Source: Desulfocapsa sulfexigens DSM 10523
GTDB lineage: Bacteria; Desulfobacterota; Desulfobulbia; Desulfobulbales; Desulfocapsaceae
NCBI RefSeq assembly: GCF_000341395.1
Contig: NC_020304.1
Span: forward strand, 600,001 to 632,000
Direction of reading: 5' to 3'
DNA length: 32,000 bases
The notes below the pieces were generated by a model. It did not search any database, was not told the DNA's origin, and saw only the letters and a program-made list of their open reading frames with translations. Below, in pieces: positions 28,400 to 32,000 of the stretch (position 1 is the stretch's first letter; the number at the start of each line of letters is the position of its first letter). The translations under genes were made by a program, and so were the position numbers.

Positions 28400-28699
28400 C
28401 TATTTTGAAGCTATAGCCTCGGCAGGAGCCTTGTTTACGTATTTAAAAAATACCGGGAAGGCGACAAAGAAGGCCACACAGAGCAGATACTCAATACCTT
28501 TGATATGGGTGTAGTAGTCAACCAGGGTATGCAGAGGTTTTACCATTCCGATCGCCACCATATACTGTCCGGCAAGCTCACTTACTGACCAGCCAACCGA
28601 TGAAAGAGCACTTGTAAGGGCTGCACCAACCCAGAGACACATGATTGAACCGGCTGCGAGAAGTATTCTTGATCCTGTTTTTGATGTATTTTGTTTCAT
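28400..28699 (-). CDS. Cassette protein B (99 aa), copy 2
   Basis: MKQNTSKTGSRILLAAGSIMCLWVGAALTSALSSVGWSVSELAGQYMVAIGMVKPLHTLVDYYTHIKGIEYLLCVAFFVAFPVFFKYVNKAPAEAIASK. Differs from copy 1 only at the N-terminal and C-terminal ends. Confidence 0.88.
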   Translation of the reverse strand: MKQNTSKTGSRILLAAGSIMCLWVGAALTSALSSVGWSVSELAGQYMVAIGMVKPLHTLVDYYTHIKGIEYLLCVAFFVAFPVFFKYVNKAPAEAIASK

Positions 28700-28741
28700 G
28701 GTCGTATCCTTATCTCTATATTTTAAATTTTTGTTAACTTA

Positions 28742-28936
28742 TCAGCCGATAACTGCGGTCAAATACCCTTTAACAACGTTCGTGGGTCCCATGCTCATCA
28801 TTGCGCTTGCGAGACAGGCAAATCCCCAGATTCCAACAAGAGCTGCCATGGTCATGCCAGCACCAAGTACAAATGTAGAAGTTTCGTATCCAGTGTTAGC
28901 CCGAGTAGTAGTTGTGATTTGAGTGTTTGTAGTCAT
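28742..28936 (-). CDS. Cassette protein A (64 aa), copy 2
   Basis: MTTNTQITTTTRANTGYETSTFVLGAGMTMAALVGIWGFACLASAMMSMGPTNVVKGYLTAVIG, preceded by GGAGG. Confidence 0.87.
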   Translation of the reverse strand: MTTNTQITTTTRANTGYETSTFVLGAGMTMAALVGIWGFACLASAMMSMGPTNVVKGYLTAVIG

Positions 28937-28992
28937 GGTGTCCTCCATATAGGTTTGATATAGCTGAATTTTTCTTTTCTTTGCCCTCTATG

Positions 28993-29010
28993 TAGCACCA
29001 ATCATGCCAG
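28993..29010 (-). promoter_or_regulatory. Sigma-54-type promoter, copy 2
   Basis: Minus strand CTGGCATGATTGGTGCTA: GG (29008/29007)-N10-GC (28996/28995). Confidence 0.75.
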
Positions 29011-29099
29011 TTTGACTCCTCCTCGCTCCGCACCAACAACAATAGCGCTATCGCAATGATATTGCGTGCAAATCAACAACAACACCCCCAAAAACCCAT

Positions 29100-29130
29100 T
29101 GCGACACTTCTGTATTCTGGTAGTGTGGCA
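29100..29130 (-). promoter_or_regulatory. Upstream activator palindrome, copy 2
   Basis: TGCGACACT-N13-AGTGTGGCA, again 92 bp from the -24 GG. Confidence 0.7.
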
Positions 29131-29246
29131 AAGATCAGAACTGTAGTTTAAGAGAGGAATTGTGTGGTCTTACTTCGACGGATGTGTTGCAAGTCTTACG
29201 GATAGGTGTGGTTGGAATGGGACAGGGGATGATTTTTAGTCAGGAA

Positions 29247-30587
29247 TCAGAAAAAGTATCGTGCCCGCAGCTCTAACTTATTGGAATTAACTTTTTCTCC
29301 GTACTCGGTGTGGCTTCCGCCATCAATCATTGAGAAATTAAGACGAAATTCCCAATTAGTGACCCCGGTATAGACAACTTCCGGGGTTATGGAATAGCTT
29401 TGATCTTCCAGATTGATAAGGGCAACTATCCCGGGACTCAAATAAAGAAGGTCAAAGGGTTCCTTCTGGCTGAACTTTGCATACAAATAATGGCGTCCTG
29501 GCTGTGGCCGGCCATATCCCTTCAGGCTCATTTCTCTGGCCCTGTCCAGCAAGTCAGTTCCAGGTTCCAAGCTTTGGGAAAACCCAGCCTCTGCAAGTTG
29601 ATAAAAATCTGCCATCTCCTCCTCACTGTAGCCACCACCGTTATAATAATATTCCACAATAGACGTGACATCGTTTTCTGAGAGATAGCGAATCCCAAGC
29701 AAAGCGGAAAAGGTATCGTTTTCTTCAATGGATGAGGAGTTGTCTTCTTTAAGAATATTTTTTTTAAAACTGGGAATATACGCGGCTTCACCGTGGATCT
29801 CAAAGTGTGGCGCCAGATTGGTGGAGAAATCAAGGCCGATACTCTCGGAGCGGCTATTGCCAGTCAAGACCATCAGATCTATGTCGACATCCCTGTATAA
29901 GAGGTACAATTTCGCTGCCAGGTTGACTTCATCACTTTCGCCAAAATCATCATTGATATCATCCCATACCGGCAGCACGGCAATCGTCAGGGCAGCGGTT
30001 TGCAGAGCAGACTGCTGCCAGCTTTTAATAAAATCGCATTCCAGCGTCACATACCCCTCGAGGGCATCTTCGGGGTTATTGGGATCCTTGCGACGATTAA
30101 CAAAGCCCACCGGATTCCATGCATATCCCTTTCCCCATTTATAGGATTTTTTCCCAAGCGAGAATGTAGCGGAGGGAGTGGGTTGCAGAGACACATAGGC
30201 GGCGTTCACAAGCGTAAGGTCACTCCAGCCAATGGTATCCTGTTGCGCGGCAGCCTTAAGCTGTACATTTAGACTGCTTATACCATATTCATAACTGCCA
30301 TCAAGCTGTATACTGCCATAGAGCGAATCCATAGTGGATATATTGGGATCGGTAAGATTCAGGCGAGTAAAAACAGAGCCCTGGTTGATATCCGCATGCT
30401 CCCCCCTCAGCTCAACATACCCCCCGAGCTGATAGGGCTTCTTCTCAATCTCTTCAAGGTCAAAGGAGAATTCGTCACTACCATTTACAGGAGCAGCAAC
30501 TAACAGCAAACCAGACAGCAATAAAATCTTTGAAAAAAGAGATACAGTTATTCTACGATGAACTGTCCCTTTACTTTCGTAATTCAT
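29247..30587 (-). CDS. Putative outer-membrane beta-barrel protein
   Basis: 446 aa with signal peptide, alternating amphipathic segments and terminal aromatic LELRARYFF. Positioned in an operon with LolA-like and FtsX-like genes. Confidence 0.75.
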   Translation of the reverse strand: MNYESKGTVHRRITVSLFSKILLLSGLLLVAAPVNGSDEFSFDLEEIEKKPYQLGGYVELRGEHADINQGSVFTRLNLTDPNISTMDSLYGSIQLDGSYEYGISSLNVQLKAAAQQDTIGWSDLTLVNAAYVSLQPTPSATFSLGKKSYKWGKGYAWNPVGFVNRRKDPNNPEDALEGYVTLECDFIKSWQQSALQTAALTIAVLPVWDDINDDFGESDEVNLAAKLYLLYRDVDIDLMVLTGNSRSESIGLDFSTNLAPHFEIHGEAAYIPSFKKNILKEDNSSSIEENDTFSALLGIRYLSENDVTSIVEYYYNGGGYSEEEMADFYQLAEAGFSQSLEPGTDLLDRAREMSLKGYGRPQPGRHYLYAKFSQKEPFDLLYLSPGIVALINLEDQSYSITPEVVYTGVTNWEFRLNFSMIDGGSHTEYGEKVNSNKLELRARYFF

Positions 30588-31317
30588 TAATCCGAGACAT
30601 ATAATTCAAGGTAAAGACTTCATCGGCAAATTCTTTTTTCTCTACCTTGGCAAAGAGCATCACCGACCGATAGCCCTTATGTAGAGGACTGTCTGTTTCA
30701 AGGAGTGACGGCCGCACCATACCATCACCAAAATCCTGTATCTTTGAATAGTGCAGAGTTTTAATAAGCATTCCGCTCACCGCATAACACTCGATATCCA
30801 AAGGCAGCAAAGACTCCTTATCAACCGTCATCTTTAAATGATCGTAGGCAACGGATGGTGATTTGGCCTTAAGATCCAGCTGATAGGTTTTTTCCTGTTC
30901 ACTGATACCCGTTGCATCATACTCGACGCTGTAATCGAGGCGCAGAATGTCGGAGTTATTAAAAATGCCTCCGATAACCGACTGGAGACTGGTGATACGT
31001 AGAGGTTTTCCGACATTGGGAATATAGAGCCACATATTATCCCCAAGACGCAGAGTAGCCCTTCCCTCTTCGCTGGCGGGTGAGATAAAGAGAGCAACCA
31101 TTTTATCCTGTCCGGTTTTTACGGTATAGAGAACAAATTCCTTTTTTTTCCCATCGGGCTCGACGTTAATCAGTTTCCGATACATTTCGTAGGATTGAGG
31201 CTGCATGTTGGCATCGACCTGACGAAGAATCTCGTTTCCATCGAGGGCAAACGCTGTTCCTGTGTGAAGGAAGACAACAACAACTGAACATATTATTCTT
31301 TGTAATATTCTATGCAT
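30571..31317 (-). CDS. LolA-like outer membrane lipoprotein-sorting family protein
   Basis: EILRQVDANMQPQSYEMYRKLI...VALFISPASEEGRATLRLGDNMWLYIPNVGKPLRI...GGIFNNSDILRLDYSVEYDA. Confidence 0.88.
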   Translation of the reverse strand: MHRILQRIICSVVVVFLHTGTAFALDGNEILRQVDANMQPQSYEMYRKLINVEPDGKKKEFVLYTVKTGQDKMVALFISPASEEGRATLRLGDNMWLYIPNVGKPLRITSLQSVIGGIFNNSDILRLDYSVEYDATGISEQEKTYQLDLKAKSPSVAYDHLKMTVDKESLLPLDIECYAVSGMLIKTLHYSKIQDFGDGMVRPSLLETDSPLHKGYRSVMLFAKVEKKEFADEVFTLNYMSRINELRK

Positions 31318-31343
31318 AACTTATTTATCCTTTCCTTCAGAAT

Positions 31344-32000
31344 TCAAACATGACGCAGAGCTGTTATCGGATCCATCTTCGCAGCTTTCCAGGCAGGCTG
31401 CAAGCTGGCAAGCACCGAGATAGCAACAACAATAACTGAAACTGTGATCACCTCTGAAGTCCCTATGGTAGGTGATAGAAGCAGACCTTTCTGTCGACCA
31501 AAGTCAAAACTGATCTGAAAGATATTCATGGCATAAATGGACCCCAGACTGATAACAACACCAACAAGCGTCCCGAGCAAGCCCAGCAGAAAACCTTCCA
31601 TGATAAACAGGGAAAGGATTTTATTGGGAGCAGTGCCAATGGCCGCAATGGTTCCGATTTCATTAATACGTTCATATACGGCCATTATCATCACATTCAT
31701 GATACTCACCAGAACAATGGCCACCAGCATTATCTTAATAAACAGTGTCATAAGATCAATCATACGGGCAATATTGAAAAAAGGTGAAAGCTTCTCCCAG
31801 GTATGAACATCAAACACAGGTTGATCCATTTTGTTTTTTATCGACCCGAGCGTATCGTTCAGGCTGGCAAAAACAGCTTCCAGAGACTGAATCGTTCTCA
31901 GGCGAATGGCAATTTCGCTGACCTCTTTATCCTCCATGCGCAGGAGACTTCTGGCATCCTCAATATGGATAACACCATCACGCCCACCTGGCCCGGAAAT
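31344..32000 (-). CDS. ABC transporter permease (FtsX/MacB-like), N-terminal part beyond the window
   Basis: IMLVAIVLVSIMNVMIMAVYERINEIGTIAAIGTAPNKILSLFIMEGFLLGLLGTLVGVVISL...LASLQPAWKAAKMDPITALRHV. The frame stays open to position 32000. Confidence 0.9.
   Translation of the reverse strand: MSGPGGRDGVIHIEDARSLLRMEDKEVSEIAIRLRTIQSLEAVFASLNDTLGSIKNKMDQPVFDVHTWEKLSPFFNIARMIDLMTLFIKIMLVAIVLVSIMNVMIMAVYERINEIGTIAAIGTAPNKILSLFIMEGFLLGLLGTLVGVVISLGSIYAMNIFQISFDFGRQKGLLLSPTIGTSEVITVSVIVVAISVLASLQPAWKAAKMDPITALRHV

Noticed and set aside
28284-28514. Plus-strand 76-aa ORF at the end of cassette copy 2
   Set aside because: Reads across the terminator and antisense to the highly conserved cassette gene B.
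1-32000. CRISPR array, transposase, integrase, tRNA or rRNA genes
   Set aside because: No regularly spaced repeats, no IS-like inverted repeats with a transposase ORF, and no tRNA/rRNA signature noticed by eye. A tool scan (tRNAscan-SE, ISfinder, MinCED) would be needed for certainty.

Overview
This 32 kb window looks like a chromosomal segment from a sulfate-reducer-like Desulfobacterota bacterium (inferred from gene content and style only). It holds housekeeping genes: an HU/IHF tail, tsaC-like, guaB, guaA and pta. A bacteriohemerythrin and an Asp/Glu-racemase-like gene follow. Next come an unusual GntR/MocR aminotransferase fused to a LysR-type effector domain, a GC-rich mod (molybdate) plus ars (arsenic) block on the minus strand, and an EAL-HDOD protein. 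A ModA-like binding protein sits directly upstream of a three-receiver hybrid histidine kinase and a REC-GGDEF regulator. Small secreted or lipoprotein genes follow, and the window ends with a beta-barrel / LolA-like / FtsX-type permease operon. The best candidate for an undescribed system is a two-gene cassette of tiny hydrophobic proteins present twice (18.5-19.4 kb and 28.3-29.2 kb). Both copies keep near-identical proteins, a rho-independent terminator, a sigma-54-type GG-N10-GC promoter, and an upstream palindrome TGCGACACT-N13-AGTGTGGCA at exactly the same distance (92 bp) from the promoter. Other notable items are the MocR-LysR fusion, a miniature in-frame-deleted ArsC overlapping arsC, an amber-interrupted ORF between a ModE-like box and modA, matched ModE-like operators, a perfect arsR operator palindrome, and three homopolymer-associated frameshifts (acr3, modC, MORN gene) that may be real or sequencing artefacts.
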